A stretch of DNA of 64,000 bases from a virus, in IMG/VR virus record IMGVR_UViG_3300042305_002284, positions 1 through 64,000 of that record, one strand, 5' to 3'. Positions 14,795 to 23,687 of this stretch are shown here, piece after piece. How positions within the stretch are numbered: position 1 is the stretch's first letter; every line of letters begins with the position of its first letter. Made by a program: the position numbers and the translations under genes. A model generated the notes under the pieces. It searched no databases. It saw nothing but the letters and a program-made list of their open reading frames with translations, and was not told where the DNA came from.

Positions 14795-16669
14795 ATGAAA
14801 AAAACAACGGAAACGATATCTCGGCTGATATCAGATCAAATTATACTTGAAACAAAAAGTGGAAGTGTAAAATTTTCTACAGATATTTCTGGTAAACTTT
14901 ATATCGGTGGCTATAAATCACCAGGATATTCTGACACTCTCATAATAGATGTTGTAAACAACTGCATTACTGCTTCTTGTTTATCGGTTGGAACTATTTC
15001 TGCCTCACAATATATTGGACCGATTAGTGGCAGCGGCGGCGGTGGTGGCAGCGGCAGTGCAACGCCAGGATTACCAAACAATTCAGTGCAATACAATAAT
15101 GCTGGTGATTTTGCTGGCTCTTCAAACCTAACATTCAATGGAACAATTCTTTCCGGAACACAGGCAAGTTTTGTTGGTATAACTGCTTCACTAAACGGAA
15201 ACGCGTCGACTGTTACAAATGGTGTTTATACAACTAATATTTCATCCTTCGCAACAACAGGTGTGACTGCCGGAAGTGGTCTAACTGGCGGAGGCACAGT
15301 AGGTGTTCTAACTGTAAATGTTGGTGCTGGTGATGGAATATCGGTAGCAGCCGATTCTGTCGCTGTTGACAATACAGTTATAAGAACAACTGGTAATCAA
15401 ACAATAGGTGGTTTGAAAAATTTTTCAAGTTATATTACCGGTTCAATCACTGGTAGTGATGCTAAGTTTACAACTATTTCCGGATCGCATACCGGTTCTG
15501 GCGCCGGTTTGTTTGGAATACCAAATTCAGGTCTTGTAAATAATTCAGTAACTGTTGGCACAACAACAATATCTCTTGGAAGCAGTGTCACAACAATACA
15601 AGGTATATCAGTTATAACTGGTTCAACAGTAACCGGTTCAATTGCTCTGTTCACAACCGTAACCGGCGCTATAGGAGTTCCACTTGGAAATTTGGCATCA
15701 CCATCATTTTCATTTATTGGCGATCCAAATACTGGAATATATTCACCCGCAGCAGATAATATATCTTTTGTAGAAGGAGGAACAGAAGCAATACGAATTG
15801 ACAGTAACGCAAGAGTTGGAATTAACACCAGTTCTCCAAATTTTACTCTTGCCGTATCGGGAACTCTTGGAGTAAGTGGAAGTACAAATCTTTCCACAAT
15901 TAGTGGAACAACAGCACAATTCACAACAATTACTGGCTCTACAATTGTATCAACAACTGAATTACCAAGTTTTATTGCTATAAATACTTCTTCAAATGGA
16001 GTTCATAGGTTGCTAATAAGCCAGTCTTCTGCTGCAGATAATGGTATAAGAATAACTGCTCCTGGAGCTACCATGAATATTTATGGTAGTACTGGAAATA
16101 TTGCAAATATAGAAACAACCAGTGCGTACCAGTTTGGTAATCTAACATCTGTTGCAGAAAACGGAACTGTATGGGCTGGCAGATCGGTTGTTTTGCGTTC
16201 TCACGATAATGCATCTCTTGGTAGTATCATTAATTTTATTGGCTCAACAGAAGTTATGAGAGTCCGTGGTGGATCAAATCTTGATGTTGTTATTTCTGGT
16301 ACAAACAACTCAACAGGTCAAGGACGCCTGCGTTTTTTAAATAGTGGTTCAGCAGCATTCCCACTGATAACTCAAATAAACGATACTAATACCGGTCTAT
16401 ACTTTCCAGGTGCAGATACAGTTGCTTTCAGTACAAATGGAACTGAAAGATTAAGAATAACTGGCAGTGGAGATATAGTAACTACAAGTATATTATCTGG
16501 GACAACAGCACAATTTACAACAATAACAGCATCAAATATAACCGGAACAATAAATTTCTCAGCAAGTAATCCAACACATTGGTCTGGTTCTGCTCCAACA
16601 ACAGTAGGAAGTGCCATAAATAGAATAGCAGCAGCAATATATTCTGGCATAACAGGTTCTATTGCTTGA
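14795..16669 (+). CDS. tail/head fibre-like structural protein
   Basis: Gly/Ser/Thr-rich; QYNNAG.FAG, GNQTIGG.K.F and repeated NTG.Y.P.AD...F...GTE..RI fibre motifs. Confidence 0.75.
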   Translation: MKKTTETISRLISDQIILETKSGSVKFSTDISGKLYIGGYKSPGYSDTLIIDVVNNCITASCLSVGTISASQYIGPISGSGGGGGSGSATPGLPNNSVQYNNAGDFAGSSNLTFNGTILSGTQASFVGITASLNGNASTVTNGVYTTNISSFATTGVTAGSGLTGGGTVGVLTVNVGAGDGISVAADSVAVDNTVIRTTGNQTIGGLKNFSSYITGSITGSDAKFTTISGSHTGSGAGLFGIPNSGLVNNSVTVGTTTISLGSSVTTIQGISVITGSTVTGSIALFTTVTGAIGVPLGNLASPSFSFIGDPNTGIYSPAADNISFVEGGTEAIRIDSNARVGINTSSPNFTLAVSGTLGVSGSTNLSTISGTTAQFTTITGSTIVSTTELPSFIAINTSSNGVHRLLISQSSAADNGIRITAPGATMNIYGSTGNIANIETTSAYQFGNLTSVAENGTVWAGRSVVLRSHDNASLGSIINFIGSTEVMRVRGGSNLDVVISGTNNSTGQGRLRFLNSGSAAFPLITQINDTNTGLYFPGADTVAFSTNGTERLRITGSGDIVTTSILSGTTAQFTTITASNITGTINFSASNPTHWSGSAPTTVGSAINRIAAAIYSGITGSIA

Positions 16670-16688
16670 ACTAACCTATTTATATCAT

Positions 16689-17255
16689 ATGAATATAGAG
16701 CGTATAAAGAACCTTATAAGAGCATTTTATCCTTATGCTAAAACAAATCTTGGTTTTACAGAACCAGTAAAAATACGCTATATAACAAATGATATAAATA
16801 ACTATAAAGATCCTTTTGGTAAAACTGCTTACTATAATCCAGAACAAAAATGTGTTACATTATTTATACTCAATAGACATCCAAAAGATATTTTACGCTC
16901 CTTTGCCCACGAACTCACACATCACGCTCAACATTGCCGTGGAGATATATCTCACGACGTATCAACCGGTGAAGGATATGCACAAAAAGATCCACACATG
17001 CGCTCAATGGAAGAAGAAGCATATATGGAAGGTGGAATGCTTGTAAGAGACTGGACTGATACTTTACAGGAAAGTGAGAAAGAAATGCTTTTAGAAAACG
17101 AAGACAAACAACACAAAGATGTTGAAAGAACTAAAAAAACCTTGCGTGACAATGAAGAAATAGTTGACATGTTTGAAGAACGAAGAAATAGGTTGAATAA
17201 AAAACTTATGGATAAATTTATCAAACCAACCAAGAAAGAAGGAAACATAGAATGA
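16689..17255 (+). CDS. HExxH zinc-peptidase-like protein
   Basis: LRSFAHELTHHAQ...EEEAY; ATG 6 nt after TATTTA. Confidence 0.7.
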   Translation: MNIERIKNLIRAFYPYAKTNLGFTEPVKIRYITNDINNYKDPFGKTAYYNPEQKCVTLFILNRHPKDILRSFAHELTHHAQHCRGDISHDVSTGEGYAQKDPHMRSMEEEAYMEGGMLVRDWTDTLQESEKEMLLENEDKQHKDVERTKKTLRDNEEIVDMFEERRNRLNKKLMDKFIKPTKKEGNIE

Positions 17256-17551
17256 CCTCGCCAAGACAAAGAAAGAAAAGAGCAGCATTTTTAGCAAAGC
17301 AAAAAGTTGCTGAAATGGTAGATACAATACCTGTAGTTGTTGCGCCAGTTGTTGCAACCCAACCCGAACAAGCGGTTGCAACATCGGCACCGCATGTGGT
17401 AGTATCGGCGTCTGTCGTCGCCGACACATCGATGTCCAAACCGAAGAAACTTGGAAGCAAGAAAGTTGAAGCAGAAGCAAAAGAAGAAAAATCACAAGAT
17501 CAAGTTGTAGAACAAAACAAAACAGAAGTCAAGACTGAAACAAAGGAATAA
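17252..17551 (+). CDS. low-complexity hypothetical protein
   Basis: 99 aa ORF, ATGA overlap. Confidence 0.6.
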   Translation: MTSPRQRKKRAAFLAKQKVAEMVDTIPVVVAPVVATQPEQAVATSAPHVVVSASVVADTSMSKPKKLGSKKVEAEAKEEKSQDQVVEQNKTEVKTETKE

Positions 17552-17555
17552 AAAT

Positions 17556-20500
17556 ATGGGCGGAAAAGCCGGTCACATGAAGCATTTATATGAAAATCCA
17601 GAACTGACTTTTGGAGAAATAAAACAAATCTTCAAAAAAATAAATGATGGAAAAATGCTTGTTACTGAAAAGATTGACGGTCAGAACTGTCTTGTATCTT
17701 ATTCTGTAACAGAAGGCAGGATAAAAGCCGCTCGCAATAACAGCCACCTTGCCAAGGGTGGTCTTTCTGTTGAAAATATTTCAGAACTTACTGATGTTGC
17801 TGATTTTCAGCAATCACTTGTTGAAGCACTTTCTTCTTTTGAAGAAACAGTAAAAAAACTTTCAATAGAAGAACAAATAGATATATTTGGTCCCAATACA
17901 AACTATTATTTCAATACTGAAATACAAGATCCAAACAACAAAAACATCCTTTTATATGAAAACAAAAAGATATGTATTCATAGATCAGGTCATCTTCTAA
18001 ATAATAAATATAATAATATTATTACAGAAGAGATCCTATCAGATCAGTTTCGAAAACTTGAAGAAACTATCAATAAACAAACTGTTATAAATGAAACTGT
18101 AACAGATAAATTTATTGTATCAATCAATCCTATCAGAAAACTTGAACCTGTAAAGAACAAAAATTGTTATACAGAAGCAGTAAATAAACTAAATAAAGAA
18201 ATATTGACAAACAAACTTACTGATAGTAGTAGTTTGGCTGAATATATTCTATCAAGAATGGATAGTATTTTAGAAGAAAAGATACCAGAACTTCCAAAAG
18301 AAGCAAAAATAGTTCTTCTAAAAAGACTAATGAAAGTAAAAGAAATAACTGCTAAAAATGTTTATAAAGTTCTAAATGAAACAAACAACTCTCACTTGAT
18401 TGAGAAAGTAAAAAATATTATTGATAGTGAGAATAAACTACACAAAACCTGTATCAATCCAGTAGAAGAAATAGTAACTGAATACGGTGCCGAGGTTCTC
18501 AGCGAGTTTGCTTCATCAAATATCAAAGATACAATAACCGAATCAAATAGAATAAAAACAAGACTAAAAGAAATATTTGATATAGTCAATATGTCAAATG
18601 ATCTTCCAGCAAAAGAGTTTGTAAATAATCAACTTTCCAGAATGAAAAACCTTGACAAAGTCAATATAACTTGTGAAGGTATTGTTTTTAAGTTCAATGG
18701 TGATGTTTATAAAATGACTGGTTTCTTTTCTCCACTCAATCAGATCCTTGGTATGACAAAGTTTGCTCGTGGCAATATACAACCAATCAATATTGTTACT
18801 GAAAAAATCAGTAACAATAAAACAGCAGTTCTTTCTTGGGGTCGTTTCAATCCGCCAACAATAGGTCATGAAATAGTTTTCAAAACAGCCAGCGATCTTG
18901 CGGAAAGCAATAATGCTGACTTTTTTATTATTCCATCAAAAACAGTAGATAAGAAAACCAATCCACTGACATTTGAAGAAAAAGTAAAATATCTAAACAA
19001 ACTATTCCCAGAATATAAATCAAATGTTGTAACGGATGAAAGCATAAAAACTATTTTTGAAGCAGCAAAATATTTTCATCAAAATGGATATACAAATCTA
19101 AAAATAGTTGTTGGCTCTGATCGTAAAGAGCAATTTGAAGTTCTAAAAAAATATAATAATAAAGAATATGTTTTTGAAAATATTGAAATATTGTCAGCAG
19201 GAGAGCGTTTAGATGAAGGCGAAAGTGCAGCCAGTATGTCGGCAAGTAAGATGCGAGAAGCTGCAACACAAGGCGATATAGGCTTTTTTATGAAGGGTAT
19301 TGCTGGTCGTATGGAACTTGACGAAGGTGTTGAGTTGATGAATCTTATCCGTTCCAGAATAGAAATTGTTGATGATGGCAAAAAAAAAGTTTTGGAACCT
19401 ATCTCCCGTTCTTCACTGGATGAAGTTATTAGAAAATCTGGCACTAAATGGTGTTTATTTTCTAAAAAGAAAACTAAAGATGGAAAAAGAAAAAAACTCG
19501 GCTGTTATCCAACTCGTGCTGGTGCAGTAAAAAGAGAGAAACAAGTTCAGTATTTCAAGCACATGAAAGAAGAGCAAGAACTGGAAGAAATATCAGCAGC
19601 AGGAGGCGGTGGTCTTCACGGTGCGCCGAGCACAGATAAGCAAGAAGAAAATATTTTTTTACAAAGACCTGGAGTTGGTTCTGGGTTTACTTATCAATCC
19701 CGTTTTGGTTCTTCTCAGAAACGCGATGACGATGATTCTATAAGTAAAAAAGAAAAAATAAAAATACTATTTAGAGAAGAGGAACAATATATGGTTGATA
19801 GAAAAGATTTTCTTGAAGAAATACAACTTCGCAAAATAATAAGAGAAGGTATAAAGAAAAAAATAAAAGAAAGAGAAGAAAGTGTTCTAAAAGAAGAACA
19901 ACAACTTCGTTTGGTTATTCGCAAACTTCTTAACGAAAAACAAAAAGATGAACCAAGGCACGCAAATACCGGTATCAATCTACTAAAAGACCTACTAAAA
20001 ACTATTGTTCCTTCAATAGAAGATGATTACAAAGATCTAACAACAAATCCAGAACAAGTAAAATCATTTAGAGCACACCTTCTAAATGGAGTAATAAATG
20101 TTTTCAAGTCTGCTGACGGCCTCCAAGGACAACCAGAAGCAAGAGCAGAAGAAATAACAGAGCAAGAAGTGGTTGATCCAAATCAGCCAACCGATCCGAG
20201 ATTTATTCCAATCAAAAAGCCACAAGTAGTAAAACAAGAACCAGTAGACACATTTACCATACAAGGCTTGGACAGAACCGGTGCCAATGTTGCTAAAACA
20301 ACTTTTCGAAAAATAGAAAATAAGATAAAAAATACATATGAAAATCTCACAGATCCAAAAGATCGTGAAATGTTCAAAGACTATCTTATTACCAATCTAA
20401 AACTTCATATGGATATTTTTGATAACGATATGAAGGGTAGCGTGAAAGAGCCAACAACGCCAGAATACGAACAAGAAAAAGGCAAACTGGATACACAACA

Positions 20501-20558
20501 AGACGCGACCGCACCAGAAATGGCGGGTTCCACAGAAAAACCATCTCCACAAATGTGA
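17556..20558 (+). CDS. multidomain protein: KxDG ligase-like N-terminus + HxGH cytidyltransferase-like domain + unknown C-terminus
   Basis: GHMKH...TEKIDGQN...EGIV; GRFNPPTIGH, VVGSDR, MSASKMR. Confidence 0.8.
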   Translation: MGGKAGHMKHLYENPELTFGEIKQIFKKINDGKMLVTEKIDGQNCLVSYSVTEGRIKAARNNSHLAKGGLSVENISELTDVADFQQSLVEALSSFEETVKKLSIEEQIDIFGPNTNYYFNTEIQDPNNKNILLYENKKICIHRSGHLLNNKYNNIITEEILSDQFRKLEETINKQTVINETVTDKFIVSINPIRKLEPVKNKNCYTEAVNKLNKEILTNKLTDSSSLAEYILSRMDSILEEKIPELPKEAKIVLLKRLMKVKEITAKNVYKVLNETNNSHLIEKVKNIIDSENKLHKTCINPVEEIVTEYGAEVLSEFASSNIKDTITESNRIKTRLKEIFDIVNMSNDLPAKEFVNNQLSRMKNLDKVNITCEGIVFKFNGDVYKMTGFFSPLNQILGMTKFARGNIQPINIVTEKISNNKTAVLSWGRFNPPTIGHEIVFKTASDLAESNNADFFIIPSKTVDKKTNPLTFEEKVKYLNKLFPEYKSNVVTDESIKTIFEAAKYFHQNGYTNLKIVVGSDRKEQFEVLKKYNNKEYVFENIEILSAGERLDEGESAASMSASKMREAATQGDIGFFMKGIAGRMELDEGVELMNLIRSRIEIVDDGKKKVLEPISRSSLDEVIRKSGTKWCLFSKKKTKDGKRKKLGCYPTRAGAVKREKQVQYFKHMKEEQELEEISAAGGGGLHGAPSTDKQEENIFLQRPGVGSGFTYQSRFGSSQKRDDDDSISKKEKIKILFREEEQYMVDRKDFLEEIQLRKIIREGIKKKIKEREESVLKEEQQLRLVIRKLLNEKQKDEPRHANTGINLLKDLLKTIVPSIEDDYKDLTTNPEQVKSFRAHLLNGVINVFKSADGLQGQPEARAEEITEQEVVDPNQPTDPRFIPIKKPQVVKQEPVDTFTIQGLDRTGANVAKTTFRKIENKIKNTYENLTDPKDREMFKDYLITNLKLHMDIFDNDMKGSVKEPTTPEYEQEKGKLDTQQDATAPEMAGSTEKPSPQM

Positions 20559-20595
20559 TCTTTACAGCCAATATCTTTTGTGATAAAACCAGCAT

Positions 20596-20889
20596 ATGAA
20601 AGATTATGTTGCAATAGCAAAAGATATTGGCTTGCTTGTAAGAGAAAAACAAGAAGCATATGGTGATAGTTTTTCAAAAAGTGAAGAAATAATAAAAGTT
20701 TTATATCCAAATGGAGTAAAACCAGAAAACTATCGTGATCTCTTAACAATCACCAGAATAATAGATAAACTGTTTCGTATAGCAACCAGAAAAGATGCAT
20801 TTGGAGAAAGTCCTTATCGCGATATTGCTGGCTATGCTTTGTTAGGGATAGCAAGTGACCTGGAAGAAAAAAAGAAAAGTCAAGGGTAA
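20596..20889 (+). CDS. nucleotide-modification-associated helical protein (DUF1599/DUF6378-like)
   Basis: K.EAYGDSF...DKLFRI...DIAGYA. Confidence 0.65.
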   Translation: MKDYVAIAKDIGLLVREKQEAYGDSFSKSEEIIKVLYPNGVKPENYRDLLTITRIIDKLFRIATRKDAFGESPYRDIAGYALLGIASDLEEKKKSQG

Positions 20890-21223
20890 ATACGAACAGT
20901 ATTCTTTCTCAAAAAAATTGAGGAGAGACAACAAAACATCAGATCAGTTTGAGATAATGCTGAATTCTCTAACATTAGAAGAATTGATAGCATTGAAACT
21001 TGAATTAGCAAACAAAGCAGCGGGAATGCCTATTTATGGTTTTCCAATATACAAGGCGATGAAGCATGTTGTCAAAGCAGCAGTCCTGATGTATGCTGCA
21101 TCTGCGACCAGATCAGAGCGGGAAGCCGCTGCTTTTCTAGGGATCACAAGATTGGAATACAGAACCTATATAAGGGACTATAATATTCTAAACTATTTTG
21201 AAGAGGATAACAAAAATGACTGA
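20855..21223 (+). CDS. protein with C-terminal Fis-like HTH
   Basis: EAAAFLGITR...IRDYNI. Confidence 0.6.
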   Translation: MTWKKKRKVKGKYEQYSFSKKLRRDNKTSDQFEIMLNSLTLEELIALKLELANKAAGMPIYGFPIYKAMKHVVKAAVLMYAASATRSEREAAAFLGITRLEYRTYIRDYNILNYFEEDNKND

Positions 21224-21485
21224 AACAACACAAACACAAACAGAAACCGTAGAACAATCAGACGGCGGCATAGTGCAACTGGCAGAAACAGTTGTTGCCA
21301 CGCCACCAGTAACAGGTGAAGGCGAAGGTGAGGTAGTTACTACCGAAACCTCAACAGTAGAAGTTGTAGATGGAGACACTTCGGTAACAGCAACCGGCGA
21401 AACACCACTTGCTCTTACTGTTGCTGCTGCTCTTGGTCTGGTTCTTCTGCTTGGACTGGCAGCTAAAAAGTTTTTACTGAAATGA
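21216..21485 (+). CDS. acidic protein with C-terminal membrane anchor
   Basis: Thr/Glu-rich then ALTVAAALGLVLLLGLAAKK. Confidence 0.65.
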   Translation: MTETTQTQTETVEQSDGGIVQLAETVVATPPVTGEGEGEVVTTETSTVEVVDGDTSVTATGETPLALTVAAALGLVLLLGLAAKKFLLK

Positions 21486-21502
21486 TAAACTAAGCAACGA
21501 AC

Positions 21503-21625
21503 CCTGTTCCGGAAGGCACAGGTCTGTGAGGTAACACTAATAATTCTAGAAAAATTATTGTTACCAAACTGAGGTGTAAGTGTTCTACGCAGTTATAAAG
21601 GCGATAGTGGTAGCCTCATGAACAC
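21503..21625 (+). ncRNA. candidate structured RNA (two hairpins + pseudoknot)
   Basis: GGAA-capped hairpin; GGTAACA/TGTTACC hairpin; TGAGG/CCTCA and CTAC/GTAG helices crossed by GTGTTC/GAACAC. Confidence 0.4.
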
Positions 21626-21638
21626 CCACTCCATTTAA

Positions 21639-21713
21639 GGCGGGTTAGTTAAACGGTTATAACGCTTGGCTTTCACCCATGTATCGCGGGTTCGATTCCC
21701 GCACCCGTCACCA
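21639..21713 (+). tRNA. trnE: tRNA-Glu(TTC)
   Basis: GGCGGGT/ACCCGTC acceptor, loop CTTTCAC, TTCGATT, CCA. Confidence 0.9.
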
Positions 21714-21729
21714 AGTTTTTATTATTTGT

Positions 21730-21816
21730 GGAAGGATAGTCAAGTGGCTTACGACACCGGATTACTAACCCGGCATAGGGTAAAACCTATCGAGAGTTCG
21801 AATCTCTCTCCTTCCT
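21730..21816 (+). tRNA. trnS: tRNA-Ser(ACT), atypical
   Basis: GGAAGGA/TCCTTCC acceptor, loop TTACTAA, long variable arm; no encoded CCA, T discriminator. Confidence 0.75.
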
Positions 21817-21822
21817 TTGTAT

Positions 21823-21899
21823 GGGCCTGTAGTTAAAGTGGCGATAACGCGAGCCTTGCACGCTCGAGTCGAGACTTCGATTTGTCTCCGGGTCCACCA
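21823..21899 (+). tRNA. trnA: tRNA-Ala(TGC)
   Basis: G3:U70 pair, loop CTTGCAC, CCA. Confidence 0.9.
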
Positions 21900-21926
21900 A
21901 AAATTGTTCTATGACTATTTACTAAT

Positions 21927-22520
21927 ATGAAAAACTCACCTGTCAGTTTTTTACAGTTAGTTCAAAAGGACTGTTTAGAAAACGGAGTAGAGTTGGTTTT
22001 TCACCCAGACACAGAAATAAAACTTTCAAAAAGAATATCAGTAGCTGGTTATTGGTCTGATTACGATAAAGAGCTTCAAGTCGCTGTAATGAATCCAGAA
22101 TGGCTTGTAATTCTGGCACATGAATATGGTCATTTTTGTCAGTGGAAAGAAAAAAAGTTTGTTGACAAAAAAACAATAGATGCATATAACATGTTTGACG
22201 AATGGATAGAAAAAGAAATAGAACTTGACGATCTAATGATAGAACAGATGATTACTCTAATACAGAAATGTGAACTTGACTGCGAAAAGCGAGCGTTGAA
22301 GTTTATAAAAAAATACAAACTTTATTTTGACTACGAACTTTACATACAAAAATCTAATAGTTATGTTTTAGGATACGAAGCAGTAAAAATAAAAAGAAAA
22401 TGGTTTGTTGTTTCTCCTTCAAGAGTGAAGTCTGTCTGTAAGAATATGCCCAAAACTTTTACAAAGATACTGAAACCAACAAACAAGCAACTCAAACTAA
22501 TGTTGAAAAAATGTTTTTGA
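21927..22520 (+). CDS. HExxH zinc-peptidase-like protein
   Basis: LAHEYGHFCQ...ELDCE. Confidence 0.7.
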   Translation: MKNSPVSFLQLVQKDCLENGVELVFHPDTEIKLSKRISVAGYWSDYDKELQVAVMNPEWLVILAHEYGHFCQWKEKKFVDKKTIDAYNMFDEWIEKEIELDDLMIEQMITLIQKCELDCEKRALKFIKKYKLYFDYELYIQKSNSYVLGYEAVKIKRKWFVVSPSRVKSVCKNMPKTFTKILKPTNKQLKLMLKKCF

Positions 22521-22532
22521 AACGAGAAAATA

Positions 22533-22775
22533 ATGTATAGTTTATATGTGTTTATGGATAGATATACAAAACATATTCTTCCTCCTCTTTTAGTTGAAAA
22601 AGACTGTGGAAGATATTTTGTAGAAAACAATATTTCTGGTCGTGTTTATCTTGTAAGGGGAAGTTTTGAAGATATTTTCAAATTTATCAAAGCACATAAT
22701 GAAATATGGCTTGGCTTCCACGATGTATCCACAGAAGATAATTTAGTTTTAGAAAAATGGGTAAGACCTCAATAA
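22533..22775 (+). CDS. hypothetical protein
   Basis: 80 aa ORF within an operon. Confidence 0.55.
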   Translation: MYSLYVFMDRYTKHILPPLLVEKDCGRYFVENNISGRVYLVRGSFEDIFKFIKAHNEIWLGFHDVSTEDNLVLEKWVRPQ

Positions 22776-22791
22776 AGAAAGCGAGAAACAT

Positions 22792-23037
22792 ATGTCAGAA
22801 CAAACAAAGCAACAGCACAAAGACGGTCCTCCTTGGGATTCAGTGCGAACCTTCTCAACATTTGAAGAAGCACAAGTGTTTCGCGATACCTGCCAGAAAC
22901 ACAAAGAACTGCAAGTAAAAGTAAAAAAATATGTCAACAATATTGGAGAAAGCGTTTTTGTTGTGAAAACAAGACGAGATCCAAGTTTTATAACAGAGGC
23001 TGTAAAAGAAAAGAAAAAAGACAAAAATAAAAAATGA
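22792..23037 (+). CDS. hypothetical protein
   Basis: 81 aa ORF followed by a terminator. Confidence 0.65.
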   Translation: MSEQTKQQHKDGPPWDSVRTFSTFEEAQVFRDTCQKHKELQVKVKKYVNNIGESVFVVKTRRDPSFITEAVKEKKKDKNKK

Positions 23038-23043
23038 AAAAAG

Positions 23044-23065
23044 AACCCGGAGAGATCCGGGTTTT
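23044..23065 (+). terminator. intrinsic terminator
   Basis: AACCCGGA-GAGA-TCCGGGTT-TT. Confidence 0.7.
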
Positions 23066-23072
23066 GACTTGC

Positions 23073-23101
23073 TTGACTTCACGTCGCACATCGTGTAGGT
23101 T
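23073..23101 (+). promoter_or_regulatory. sigma70-type promoter
   Basis: TTGACT-17-TAGGTT with TG immediately upstream of the -10. Confidence 0.55.
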
Positions 23102-23117
23102 GTCAATGGAGTAGTTT

Positions 23118-23687
23118 ATGATGACAGTGGAAAAAGTTGATTCACTACTAAAAAATAGTGTTATAGAAGAGATAAAAAATCGTATTACAAAGCATCACGA
23201 ACTTTATGATAGTAAAATAACTTCTACACTGTGGGAAGAGATACTTCATAAATCATTCATAAAAAATAACATGAACTCAAACTGGAATATGTATGGTCAC
23301 CAGTCAGGTTCAGATGTAGAATGTGAAGGTGTGCAAATATCTTGCAAGTCTGGAATAATAAAGGGAAAGAAAATAAAAAAACTTTCCATATCTTCTTACA
23401 GAACAACTGCACTGAAAACGATAGAAGAAAAAATCACTTATCTTGATAAGCAACACGAAGATATAATATTTTCTCTTGTATTTGATAATGAAAGATATAA
23501 AATATTTACATTTATTCAGCCAAAAGTCGGTCCATTAGAATGGACTGAGACAAAAAGCCAGTGGAAGGCAATAGATAAAGAAATATGGAATGAGTTCAAA
23601 ATTTCCAAAAGTATGTCAGATCAGTTTTGGATGAATCTCAGTATTGATAACTGGGAAAAGTGGGGAATAAAAGTTTATGATCTATGA
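23118..23687 (+). CDS. putative restriction-endonuclease-like PD-(D/E)xK protein
   Basis: WEE...SDV...QISCKS pattern; overlaps a DNA methyltransferase gene. Confidence 0.5.
   Translation: MMTVEKVDSLLKNSVIEEIKNRITKHHELYDSKITSTLWEEILHKSFIKNNMNSNWNMYGHQSGSDVECEGVQISCKSGIIKGKKIKKLSISSYRTTALKTIEEKITYLDKQHEDIIFSLVFDNERYKIFTFIQPKVGPLEWTETKSQWKAIDKEIWNEFKISKSMSDQFWMNLSIDNWEKWGIKVYDL

Noticed and set aside
21503-21522. SRP RNA (CCGGAAGG)
   Set aside because: Flanking CAGG/AGCA internal-loop residues are absent
21523-21569. Hammerhead ribozyme core (CTGTGAG...CAAAC)
   Set aside because: Lacks the invariant CUGANGA and GAAA
21757-21773. Amber-suppressor (CTA) reading of tRNA-Ser
   Set aside because: Stem register and U33 place ACT at positions 34-36; genes end normally at TAG, TGA and TAA, so there is no sign of recoding
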